In this document: in pieces, positions 36,188-43,751 of the stretch | How the letters are laid out: every line of letters begins with the position of its first letter | Position numbering within the stretch: position 1 is the stretch's first letter | From: Acidobacteriaceae bacterium | GTDB taxonomy: Bacteria > Acidobacteriota > Terriglobia > Terriglobales > Acidobacteriaceae | Reading direction: 5' to 3' | Length of the DNA stretch: 54,743 bases | Assembly (NCBI GenBank): GCA_025357215.1 | Contig: JANXPR010000473.1 | Coordinates: 1-54,743 of the forward strand | Program-made: the position numbers and the translations under genes | Notes under the pieces: model-generated | Database searches by the model: none | Told to the model about the DNA's origin: nothing | The model's input: the letters and a program-made list of their open reading frames with translations, nothing else

Positions 36188-37522
36188 ATGAGCAATCAAG
36201 CCAGCACCAAGCCGAAACCGACGCAATTCTACGAACTGCGATGTCGCGAATGCCATACGCCGTGGGGCAACCAGCCGATTTCCTTCTGCCAGAAATGTTT
36301 CGCTCCGCTGGAAGTAGTGTACGACTGGGCGAGCATCAAGCCGCTAATCAGTCGCGACGAAATTGCCCGCCGCGGCACCACGCTGTGGCGCTACAAGGAA
36401 CTGCTTCCGCTTCCCGATGAATACGACGCTTCGCTTCCAGTGGGCTTCACGCCCCTGGTAAAAGCCGCGAACCTGGGTGACGCTCTTCCCGGCGGCAGCG
36501 CGCGCAACAAATCGTTGTACCTAAAAAATGACGCTTCCTGTTTCCCCACGTTGAGCTTCAAGGACCGCGTGGTGGCCGTGGCTCTGGCGCAGGCGCGCAA
36601 CTTCGGGTTTGAAGTCGTCAGTTGCTCTTCCACCGGCAACCTGGCGAACGCCGTTGCGGCGCAAGCCGCGCGCGGCGGATTCAAAGCCTGCGTGTTCATC
36701 CCGTCTGATCTGGAGTCCGCCAAAGTCTTGGGCACGGAGGTCTACGGCGCGCAGATCGTCCGCATTGCCGGCAATTATGACCACGTGAATCGCCTGTGCT
36801 CGCAGATCGCGGACAAACACCGCTGGGGATTTGTGAACGTAAACCTGCGGCCATACTATGCCGAAGGCTCGAAGACCGTAGGTTATGAAATTGCCGAACA
36901 ACTCGGCTGGCGCCTGCCGGACAACGTTGTCGTCCCCATGGCCGGCGGGTCTTTGATTACGAAAATCTACAAGGCGTTCAAAGAACTGGTAGAACTGGGC
37001 CTGGTGGAAGCCAAGAACGTCAAGTTCTTTGGCGCGCAAGCCACCGGCTGCAGCCCAATCAGTACTGCCGTTAAAGCCGGACGCAACGAGATCCAGCCGC
37101 AGAAGCCGGCAACAATTGCGCGCTCGCTGGCCATCGGCAACCCGGCGGACGGATTCTACGCGGCCCGCACTATCGCCAGCACCGGCGGCTGGGCGGAAGA
37201 CGCAAGCGATCCGGAAATTGTGGACGGCATCGCTCTGCTGGCCGAAACCGAAGGCATCTTCACGGAGACCGCGGGCGGCGTGACCGTGGCTTCCGCGCGC
37301 AAGCTCTACGCGCAAGGCCGCATCAAGCCGGAGGAAACTACCGTGCTCTGCATCACCGGCAACGGACTCAAGACCACCGACGCACTCGTCGGACGTTATG
37401 AAGCTTCCGAGCCCATCGCGCCAAAACTGGCGGCGCTTGAAGAATATCTTGAACAAAAACTGGTTGGCGTCTATGAAGCGTTTGGCGAAGCCCGCGCCGG
37501 AGCGCGTGGAGGTGTGCTGTGA
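36188..37522 (+). CDS. Threonine-synthase-family PLP enzyme with N-terminal zinc ribbon (paralogue; candidate sulfur-carrier-dependent homocysteine/cysteine synthase)
   Basis: CRECH...CQKC zinc ribbon and PLP-lysine context FPTLSFKDRVVAVAL, with ThrC-like sequence throughout. Start set at ATG 36188 because the track's upstream extension overlaps the leader and terminator. Confidence 0.85.
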   Translation: MSNQASTKPKPTQFYELRCRECHTPWGNQPISFCQKCFAPLEVVYDWASIKPLISRDEIARRGTTLWRYKELLPLPDEYDASLPVGFTPLVKAANLGDALPGGSARNKSLYLKNDASCFPTLSFKDRVVAVALAQARNFGFEVVSCSSTGNLANAVAAQAARGGFKACVFIPSDLESAKVLGTEVYGAQIVRIAGNYDHVNRLCSQIADKHRWGFVNVNLRPYYAEGSKTVGYEIAEQLGWRLPDNVVVPMAGGSLITKIYKAFKELVELGLVEAKNVKFFGAQATGCSPISTAVKAGRNEIQPQKPATIARSLAIGNPADGFYAARTIASTGGWAEDASDPEIVDGIALLAETEGIFTETAGGVTVASARKLYAQGRIKPEETTVLCITGNGLKTTDALVGRYEASEPIAPKLAALEEYLEQKLVGVYEAFGEARAGARGGVL

Positions 37523-37791
37523 GCGTTACCGTTTCAATTCCGTCGGCCTTCCGGCGGCACACAGAAGGCCTGGATCGCTTTGATGCATCCGCGGCGAACA
37601 TTAATGAACTCCTGGACGTTCTGGGCAATCGCTTCCCTGAACTCAAGCCGCACCTGCGCGATGAGCAAGGCAACGTCCGGCGCTTTCTGAATATTTACGT
37701 CAACGACGAAGACATCCGTTTTCTGGACAAGGACTACAAGTTCGCCGAAGGCGATGACGTAACGCTAGTGCCATCAATTGCAGGGGGGTAG
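37519..37791 (+). CDS. MoaD/ThiS-family ubiquitin-like sulfur-carrier protein ending in Gly-Gly
   Basis: 90 aa ending ...DDVTLVPSIAGG*. Its GTG start overlaps the upstream stop (GTGA), which suggests translational coupling. Confidence 0.85.
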   Translation: MSVTVSIPSAFRRHTEGLDRFDASAANINELLDVLGNRFPELKPHLRDEQGNVRRFLNIYVNDEDIRFLDKDYKFAEGDDVTLVPSIAGG

Positions 37792-37858
37792 GGCGAGTAT
37801 CGCTTACTGATTCGGCGGATTTACGGGTCGGATTGGAGCCACTTCGCTTCTAGCCTCT

Positions 37859-38094
37859 GTCATACTGAGCGCCGCTCGAGCGCGCCATGCAATGCGAGAG
37901 CAAGTCGAAGTATCCCGAGAATGTTTGATCGACGATGAAGATTCAGGGAGTTTCACCGAATCTTCCTGACGAAACAAGCCTTGGGCGCGACTGGATGGTG
38001 AGAACTCCCCGCTGCAGTATCGTCGAGGAAACATCCTCGGGATCTTTCGACTTCGCTCCGCCTGCTAACGTAGCGTCGCTACGCTCAAGATGAC
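37859..38094. repeat. Pair of ~65-bp imperfect inverted repeats (dispersed repeat family) between convergent operons
   Basis: Arm 1 (37859-37925) runs GTCATACTGAGCG...AAGTCGAAGTATCCCGAGAATGTT. The reverse complement of arm 2 (38030-38094) runs GTCATCTTGAGCG...AAGTCGAAAGATCCCGAGGATGTT. Each arm has an internal palindrome. Confidence 0.7.
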
Positions 38095-38173
38095 AGGGGG
38101 CAACGATTGGCATTGGTGTTCATAGGCCCGAATGCCTTCCGCAAAACGCTGCGCGGATGCGGAGCGTAAGAAT

Positions 38174-38992
38174 CTACGCCAGCAACTCCAGGCGCTTCAC
38201 GTCGCTTCGGTTTTCGTCTGATTCCGCCAGTACTGGCGGAAGAAATTCACGCGCATCAATTCCTTGCTCGCCCGGCACGCGTCGCGCGACTTCGCCCACA
38301 ATCAAAATGGCCGGCGCGGCCACGCCACCGGCAAACGGCAAATCCAGTAAAGACATGAAGCATGTTTTCTGGTTGGCGCGCCCTGCGCTGGAGATCAGGA
38401 CCACGGGCGCGTTGCAATCCACGCCGGCTTCCATCAATTCGCGCGCTGTCTTGTTGTAGTCCGGTCCCGGCATGTAGACGGCAAAAGTTGTGCGCTGGGG
38501 ATCAAGCCCCGGGGTTCGGAGCTTGTCGCCACGGATGTTGTGTCCGGTAACGATCGCCAGCGCTGACGCCGAGTTGCGATCGGTGAGCGTGATGCCCGCC
38601 GTGGAAGCCGCCGCCGATGCCGCCGTAACGCCCGGCACGATTTCATAGGCTACGCAGGCCTTGCGCAGCGCGTCGAGTTCTTCACCCAGTCGTCCGAAAA
38701 CCGCAGGATCACCGGACTTGAGACGCACCACGGCCTTGCCCCGGCGCGCGTGCCAGATCATGAGAGCGTTAATCTGGGCTTGGTTGATTTGACCCTGACT
38801 GTTCGTCCGGTTGCCGCAACGTTTGCCAACGTTCACAATTCTGGCATCAGGCGCGGCTAGGGCGAGAATCTCCGGGGTCACCAGATCGTCATGCAAAACG
38901 ACCTGGGCCGCGCGTAACACTGCTGCGGCCCGCACCGTGAGCAAATCAGCCGAGCCTGGCCCGGCGCCTACGAGATGGACTTTCCCCGGCAC
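38174..38992 (-). CDS. cobA: Uroporphyrinogen-III C-methyltransferase (SUMT)
   Basis: VHLVGAGPGSADLLTVRAA...VVLHDDLV and VVRLKSGDPAVFGR. Confidence 0.92.
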   Translation of the reverse strand: MPGKVHLVGAGPGSADLLTVRAAAVLRAAQVVLHDDLVTPEILALAAPDARIVNVGKRCGNRTNSQGQINQAQINALMIWHARRGKAVVRLKSGDPAVFGRLGEELDALRKACVAYEIVPGVTAASAAASTAGITLTDRNSASALAIVTGHNIRGDKLRTPGLDPQRTTFAVYMPGPDYNKTARELMEAGVDCNAPVVLISSAGRANQKTCFMSLLDLPFAGGVAAPAILIVGEVARRVPGEQGIDAREFLPPVLAESDENRSDVKRLELLA

Positions 38993-39067
38993 TTAGTCGT
39001 GCTTCTCTCCAGCGCTTTCGCGCTTGTTTTCTTCGAGCATCCACGCACTTTTCTTTCTAACGAGAAC

Positions 39068-39289
39068 TTAGGCGCTCTTCATTTTTCGGGGAACGCTCAC
39101 GCGGCCACCTTCATATGAAACGCTACGCGCTTTTGCGAGAAGTGCGCTCTTCGTCCAGCCACTGTTCCACGGCCGAAAGAATGCGGCCACCAGTTGGTCC
39201 ACACCGCCGATCATGTGCAGACCTTCGTGCTGGTGCTCTTTCAATGCTTCGCGAATCTTGGTTTCCAATGGGGTTGCTTTCAGACTCAT
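39068..39289 (-). CDS. Small hypothetical protein (73 aa) inside the siroheme/sulfite reductase operon
   Basis: Start set at the internal ATG 39289 (MSLKATPLETKIREALKEH...), with GAGAGGTG just upstream. No recognised domain. Confidence 0.5.
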   Translation of the reverse strand: MSLKATPLETKIREALKEHQHEGLHMIGGVDQLVAAFFRPWNSGWTKSALLAKARSVSYEGGRVSVPRKMKSA

Positions 39290-39326
39290 GTTCACCTCTC
39301 GTTTCGGTTCACGTACTTTAGTTGGT

Positions 39327-39908
39327 TCACTCACTAACAAAAGACTTCGGCCTGCATAGTGCAATCAGATGCAGCAACTGCTTGCGGCGTTCGCCAGCCG
39401 GGAGTACATGGCGGAGGGTTGTCCGTATGCGCCCCAGCCACTCGGCGAATGGGCCAAACTCCGGCCCGTACTGCCGTTCCAAATTTTTTCGCACTTGCTG
39501 GGCCAGCGCCGGACTTTGTCCGCCGGTGGAAATGGCGATCTGAAACTCACCGCGGCTAACCACGGATGGCGTGTAGTAATCGCAGTATGCGGGATCATCC
39601 ACGGCATTGCCCAAAGCGCCGGCTTGCTGCGCGTCTTGATAGACTGCCCGATTTACGGCTTCCAATTCTGTGGCGCCGATCACCAGGAAAAAGTGACGCG
39701 CCATGCCAGCCTGGTACTCGGTTTCTTTGTGCTTGAGTAGGCCTTGCGCTGCCCACTGGGCGATGCGCGGCGAGATGCGCGGCGAAACAACGGTCACGTC
39801 CGTGGCCGAGCGCAACACGCCTTCCAGCTTTTCTTCGCCGATGTTTCCGCCGCCGACAACCAATACCTTGCGGCCTTCGAGTTTGAGAAAAATCGGATAG
39901 AGGGCCAT
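39327..39908 (-). CDS. Precorrin-2 dehydrogenase / sirohydrochlorin ferrochelatase (CysG N-terminal-type, SirC-like)
   Basis: MALYPIFLKLEGRKVLVVGGGNIGEEKLEGVL, a Rossmann-type motif typical of the siroheme synthase N-domain. Confidence 0.88.
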   Translation of the reverse strand: MALYPIFLKLEGRKVLVVGGGNIGEEKLEGVLRSATDVTVVSPRISPRIAQWAAQGLLKHKETEYQAGMARHFFLVIGATELEAVNRAVYQDAQQAGALGNAVDDPAYCDYYTPSVVSRGEFQIAISTGGQSPALAQQVRKNLERQYGPEFGPFAEWLGRIRTTLRHVLPAGERRKQLLHLIALCRPKSFVSE

Positions 39909-39916
39909 GTTTGTTT

Positions 39917-41689
39917 TTATCCTTCCGCTCCGTGGGGTACGCGACCCGGAGCTGCATCGCGCGCCACGGGAGCAACCGTTTCGCCCGCGAGGAACGTCCG
40001 AAGCTCCGCGTCCGAATGCCGCAAAAAAAACTTGCGCAGATTTTCGTTGGCTTCGCGCCGGACAAGATATTCGCGCAGCAAGCGCTCAATGGCGTCTGGG
40101 GCTTCCGTGGCCACGCAGCGGTAACCGACCGGCCTGCCAAACGCCGCGTATTCACCGACGGCGCCGCCCAGGCAGAAGTAGTAGGCGTCCTGCATGCGGC
40201 CATCGACTTTTAACTTCTTGCCTTCCAGACCGATGTCCGCGATGCGATGCTGCCCGCAGCTGTTGGGGCAACCGGTTACGTTGATCTTGAGCGGCTGGTC
40301 GAATTCCGGGAGACGTTCTTCCAGTTCGTCCACGAGCCAGCGCGTGTAGGACTTGGTTTCCGTGATGGCCAGCTTGCAGAACTCCGTTCCGGTGCAAGCC
40401 ACCGCGCCGCGCCAGAACGGCGAAGCTGTAACGTGAAGTCCGGCGTTTTCCAGGCCCTGAACCACGGCTTGCGTTCTTGCCTGAGGCACGTTCACGATCA
40501 CCAGGTTCTGCGCGATGGTAGCGCGCAGGTCGCCGGAACCGTATTGCTCGGCGAGATCGGCGGCGGCACGCAGTTGCTCCGGCGAGATGCGACCGCGCAA
40601 CACAGCAGCGCCAACGTAAAAAAGCCCCGGCAGTTTTTGCGGATGGACGCCGGCATGATCGCGAAATACATCTGCCGGAATTTCTTCCGGCACGCCCGGC
40701 GCGAGTTTGAATCCCAGCCGGCGCTCAACTTCGGCGAGAAAGCTTTCCGCCGTCCAGCCGTGTTGCAGGAAAAGAAATTTCAGACGGGCGCGTTCGCGAT
40801 TTTGGCGCAATGGCTCCGCGTTGCGAAAAATCTCGCTGATGGCTTTGGTCACCGGCAACATCTGTTCCCAGGCGACAAAAGCGTTCAGGCGCACGGCGAG
40901 GTGCGGATCAGTGGAAAGGCCGCCGACGACGCGGACGGAAAAGCCGATTTCCTTTTTGCCACCCTCGTCCTCACCACGAACTTCGCGTACGGCCGGAGTG
41001 AAAGCCAGATCGTTGATTTCTGGATAAGAGCACCAGTCGCGGCAACCGCTCACGCTGATTTTGTACTTGCGCGGAAAGTTGTAATAATCCGCGCTGCCGA
41101 CCAACAGCTTTTCCATCTGGGCCACAAGTGGCGAGGCGTCACAGATTTCGTGCGCGTCCAAACCAGCCAGCGGGCAGCCAGTGATGTTGCGAGTAACATC
41201 ACCGCATGTGGCAAGCGAAGTTAGACCCACGGCATCCAGTTGCTCCAAAACGTCCGGCAGATCCTGCACGGTGATCCAATGGAGCTGAATGTTCTGACGC
41301 ACCGTGATGTCCGCGGAACCGCGCGCGTATTTTTCTGACAATTCGGCGATCGTACGCAACTGGCGGGCACTGACGATCCCGTTACCTAGACGTATGCGCA
41401 GCATGAGGAAAGGCAGGGCTTTGCCTTCACCGTTGGCACCGCCGAGAACACCAGCGCCATCACCTTGCGTGTACACGCCCCACCAGCGGAAGTACGTCTT
41501 GATCCAGGCTTCAGGAACTTCGGTGAAGCCTCCGCGCGCAAAGCTCCGGATTTCTTCCAGACACTCCCAGGGATTTTTTTCGCGCTTGAGCCGCTCGGCC
41601 TTCTGCGCCTTGCTTTCCTTCACTACAGTACCGGGTGTGCCGATGGCCTGTGTGACCGTTGCTTGTGATCCGTTTATTTCCAAACCCAT
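39917..41689 (-). CDS. sir: Assimilatory sulfite reductase (ferredoxin-type nitrite/sulfite reductase, siroheme/4Fe-4S)
   Basis: Cluster-binding motifs CTGTEFCKLA and TGCPNSCGQH, with duplicated NIR_SIR-type sequence. Start set at ATG 41689 because the track's TTG 41728 lies in the terminator U-tract. Confidence 0.9.
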   Translation of the reverse strand: MGLEINGSQATVTQAIGTPGTVVKESKAQKAERLKREKNPWECLEEIRSFARGGFTEVPEAWIKTYFRWWGVYTQGDGAGVLGGANGEGKALPFLMLRIRLGNGIVSARQLRTIAELSEKYARGSADITVRQNIQLHWITVQDLPDVLEQLDAVGLTSLATCGDVTRNITGCPLAGLDAHEICDASPLVAQMEKLLVGSADYYNFPRKYKISVSGCRDWCSYPEINDLAFTPAVREVRGEDEGGKKEIGFSVRVVGGLSTDPHLAVRLNAFVAWEQMLPVTKAISEIFRNAEPLRQNRERARLKFLFLQHGWTAESFLAEVERRLGFKLAPGVPEEIPADVFRDHAGVHPQKLPGLFYVGAAVLRGRISPEQLRAAADLAEQYGSGDLRATIAQNLVIVNVPQARTQAVVQGLENAGLHVTASPFWRGAVACTGTEFCKLAITETKSYTRWLVDELEERLPEFDQPLKINVTGCPNSCGQHRIADIGLEGKKLKVDGRMQDAYYFCLGGAVGEYAAFGRPVGYRCVATEAPDAIERLLREYLVRREANENLRKFFLRHSDAELRTFLAGETVAPVARDAAPGRVPHGAEG

Positions 41690-41724
41690 GGTTCCCACTT
41701 TCTCGAACGCTTGCCTGGTTTCTC

Positions 41725-41770
41725 CCAAAAAAGCAAAAGGCCCATCACCTTGTCTGGCGATGGGCCCTTC
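41725..41770 (-). terminator. Intrinsic terminator (attenuator) in the 5' leader of the sulfite reductase operon
   Basis: The minus strand reads GGGCCCATC-gccagacaaggt-GATGGGCC followed by TTTTGCTTTTTTGGG, about 35 nt upstream of ATG 41689. Confidence 0.65.
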
Positions 41771-41791
41771 CTAAAGTTGAATAATGGCTTT

Positions 41792-41872
41792 TTAGGTAGC
41801 GGCTTCATTGGCCAGAGACACGAGTGTCGCCTTACAGCAACACATACACATGTCCTGGCAAAGAATCCGCAT
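41792..41872 (-). CDS. Cys-rich leader peptide (26 aa) of a putative attenuator
   Basis: MRILCQDMCMCCCKATLVSLANEAAT* has 5 Cys and 3 Met in the first 13 residues. It lies between a promoter-like element and the terminator. Confidence 0.55.
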   Translation of the reverse strand: MRILCQDMCMCCCKATLVSLANEAAT

Positions 41873-41878
41873 GAATCC

Positions 41879-41906
41879 AAGCTAACCGCGAACGAAAAAG
41901 TGTCAA
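41879..41906 (-). promoter_or_regulatory. Candidate sigma70 promoter TTGACA-16-TAGCTT
   Basis: On the minus strand, TTGACA is at 41906-41901 and TAGCTT at 41884-41879. The leader ATG lies 6 nt downstream of the -10 box. Confidence 0.4.
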
Positions 41907-41957
41907 GGCGGAACTTGCCCGGCAACACTTACATTCACTTGCTTTGGCGAATATTCA

Positions 41958-43169
41958 TTAATGAGTTTTTGCGACTCCCACGCCACTTGTTGCATCGCCA
42001 GATCGGGTTGTTTGCGGCGATGCGCTGTTCCTGGTTTTGATTACCGCTTGTATCGGCTCAAGGAACCGGCTGTATTTAGCCAAGGTGACTTGATCGTTGG
42101 AAGCGAGTGCGGCTTGCACGGCTTTTTGCGTTGCCGGACTGACAATTTCAAGCCTTCCAACAAAAACGCGAACCGTCTGCGCCGGAGATGGCGCGATCGT
42201 CAGAGGCAGAATGCTGTCCACGAAGGATGGCGGCACAATGTAAAACAAGCGGGAGCCTTCTTCAAACCACGTGCTGCGCCAAGTCTCAAGCATGGCATGC
42301 GCTTCGTCAGGATAAAGGCCGTTTTCAACCAGGATACTCTCCAGGTCGGCATAGAGCGATTCGACGGAGGAAGTCAGTTCTGGAAAATCCAGCAGGGTGG
42401 TCTCCTGAAGCGGACGTGACAGGCGATAGCCAACTTTATCTCCACGGCGCTCGAACAGGATGGCTGCCGGAATCTCTGCCTTGATCAATGGTTTGACCAA
42501 CAACCTGCCCTGAGGATCGATCTGGGCCGCGACCGGAACCCGCATCGCGGACACTCCACGATAGAAGAGGAATTTCTCATGCTGGTCACCCTTGGAACTG
42601 TTCACGCGGAGCGGCGTAGCTGAAGTTGCGCGGGCGGCATAGTAGTGATTATCACTGTCGCTGGTTTCGCGCAGGAAAGTGGCGGGGCCGGGCTCCAGGG
42701 AAACAGATTTCCATGCAAGAGTGGCGTTGCCCGTTCCAGAAAGCGTTCCGCCAGTCCATGCGGTATTCGGAGTAACGCGGGCGTGCGGGTACCATTCCGT
42801 GAAGAGTCCGTTGGCAAACGCCACTTGCACGGATACCGTCATGCTTCGCGGCGAGTAGAAATAAAGGACCGGCGTTTCCATCCGTACCGTGCCCCGTAAA
42901 CTTACCTTGAACCCTTCGGTCCGAAAATGTTCAACGAACCCAGGCAGATTCGGTCCGCTGAGCGGCGACCACTCAACGGCCAACCCGTCAACGCCGGCGA
43001 CGGAAGTAAACGTACCCCATTCGTGGACCGTGAGTGCGGGATCAACTATCCGCGATTGGGCGTTCCCACACTGTGCCAGCAGCCCCGAGAGGATGATCAC
43101 CAGCGTCACGAAACGTAATACGAAACGAAATGAAAAATGAAGAAGGTGATTGTGCTGGGAAGTGTTCAT
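41958..43169 (-). CDS. Hypothetical secreted protein
   Basis: Start set at MNTSQHNHLLHFSFRFVLRFVTLVIILSGLLAQCGNAQS (signal peptide). No recognised domain. Confidence 0.6.
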   Translation of the reverse strand: MNTSQHNHLLHFSFRFVLRFVTLVIILSGLLAQCGNAQSRIVDPALTVHEWGTFTSVAGVDGLAVEWSPLSGPNLPGFVEHFRTEGFKVSLRGTVRMETPVLYFYSPRSMTVSVQVAFANGLFTEWYPHARVTPNTAWTGGTLSGTGNATLAWKSVSLEPGPATFLRETSDSDNHYYAARATSATPLRVNSSKGDQHEKFLFYRGVSAMRVPVAAQIDPQGRLLVKPLIKAEIPAAILFERRGDKVGYRLSRPLQETTLLDFPELTSSVESLYADLESILVENGLYPDEAHAMLETWRSTWFEEGSRLFYIVPPSFVDSILPLTIAPSPAQTVRVFVGRLEIVSPATQKAVQAALASNDQVTLAKYSRFLEPIQAVIKTRNSASPQTTRSGDATSGVGVAKTH

Positions 43170-43455
43170 GTTCGCTACCGCCTTTTCCAAAAGCCTTTCG
43201 CTTTTCGAACAAGGACGCGCCATCTGCGCAAACTGTTAGCGAGCGAAGGCGATTCGCCGATTTTGGTTTGGTTGAAGCGGGCAAGTTATTAGGACGGCTT
43301 AATCTCCAGCGAGAAATGGCAGCCCGGGCGAAGCCCTGTGGGCGAAAAAAACGCGGCTATTACGCTAGCTACAAATCCATCTAACAGCATGAAAACTCAA
43401 GGGAATCGCGCATGCACGAAGGAGTTACCTCGGTTCGCGTCGTCCACGCTTTTCC

Positions 43456-43484
43456 TTGACTCCATCGCACAGCAAAGCTATAGT
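43456..43484 (+). promoter_or_regulatory. Candidate sigma70 promoter TTGACT-17-TATAGT
   Basis: The -35 box is at 43456-43461 and the -10 box at 43479-43484. The leader ATG lies 9 nt downstream. Confidence 0.5.
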
Positions 43485-43493
43485 TCAGGCTAG

Positions 43494-43595
43494 ATGCACC
43501 GGAATCAGAACATCGCGATGGCCAAGACATGCATGTGCACAACAGGCACAGGCACAACTACATCCATGCGATTTTCTGGCGAGCCGGTGAGATAA
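43494..43595 (+). CDS. Thr-rich (plus Met/Cys) leader peptide (33 aa) of the thr operon attenuator
   Basis: MHRNQNIAMAKTCMCTTGTGTTTSMRFSGEPVR* has 7 Thr within 12 residues, plus a CMC motif. Confidence 0.6.
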   Translation: MHRNQNIAMAKTCMCTTGTGTTTSMRFSGEPVR

Positions 43596-43623
43596 GAACT
43601 AAGCAGCAATCATAAAGTTCCTT

Positions 43624-43663
43624 AACCCACTCGCCCAATCAAGCGAGTGGGTTTTTCGCTTTT
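43624..43663 (+). terminator. Intrinsic terminator (attenuator) upstream of thrB
   Basis: AACCCACTCGC-ccaatcaa-GCGAGTGGGTT followed by TTTCGCTTTT. The track ORF start at 43647 falls inside it. Confidence 0.7.
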
Positions 43664-43751
43664 ATGCGGTGAGGATTTGGAGACATCCCCGGGGATGAAT
43701 GGCGTAAGTCCTTATTTTTCGGGGATGACCGGGGTAGGGGTACAAATAGGC

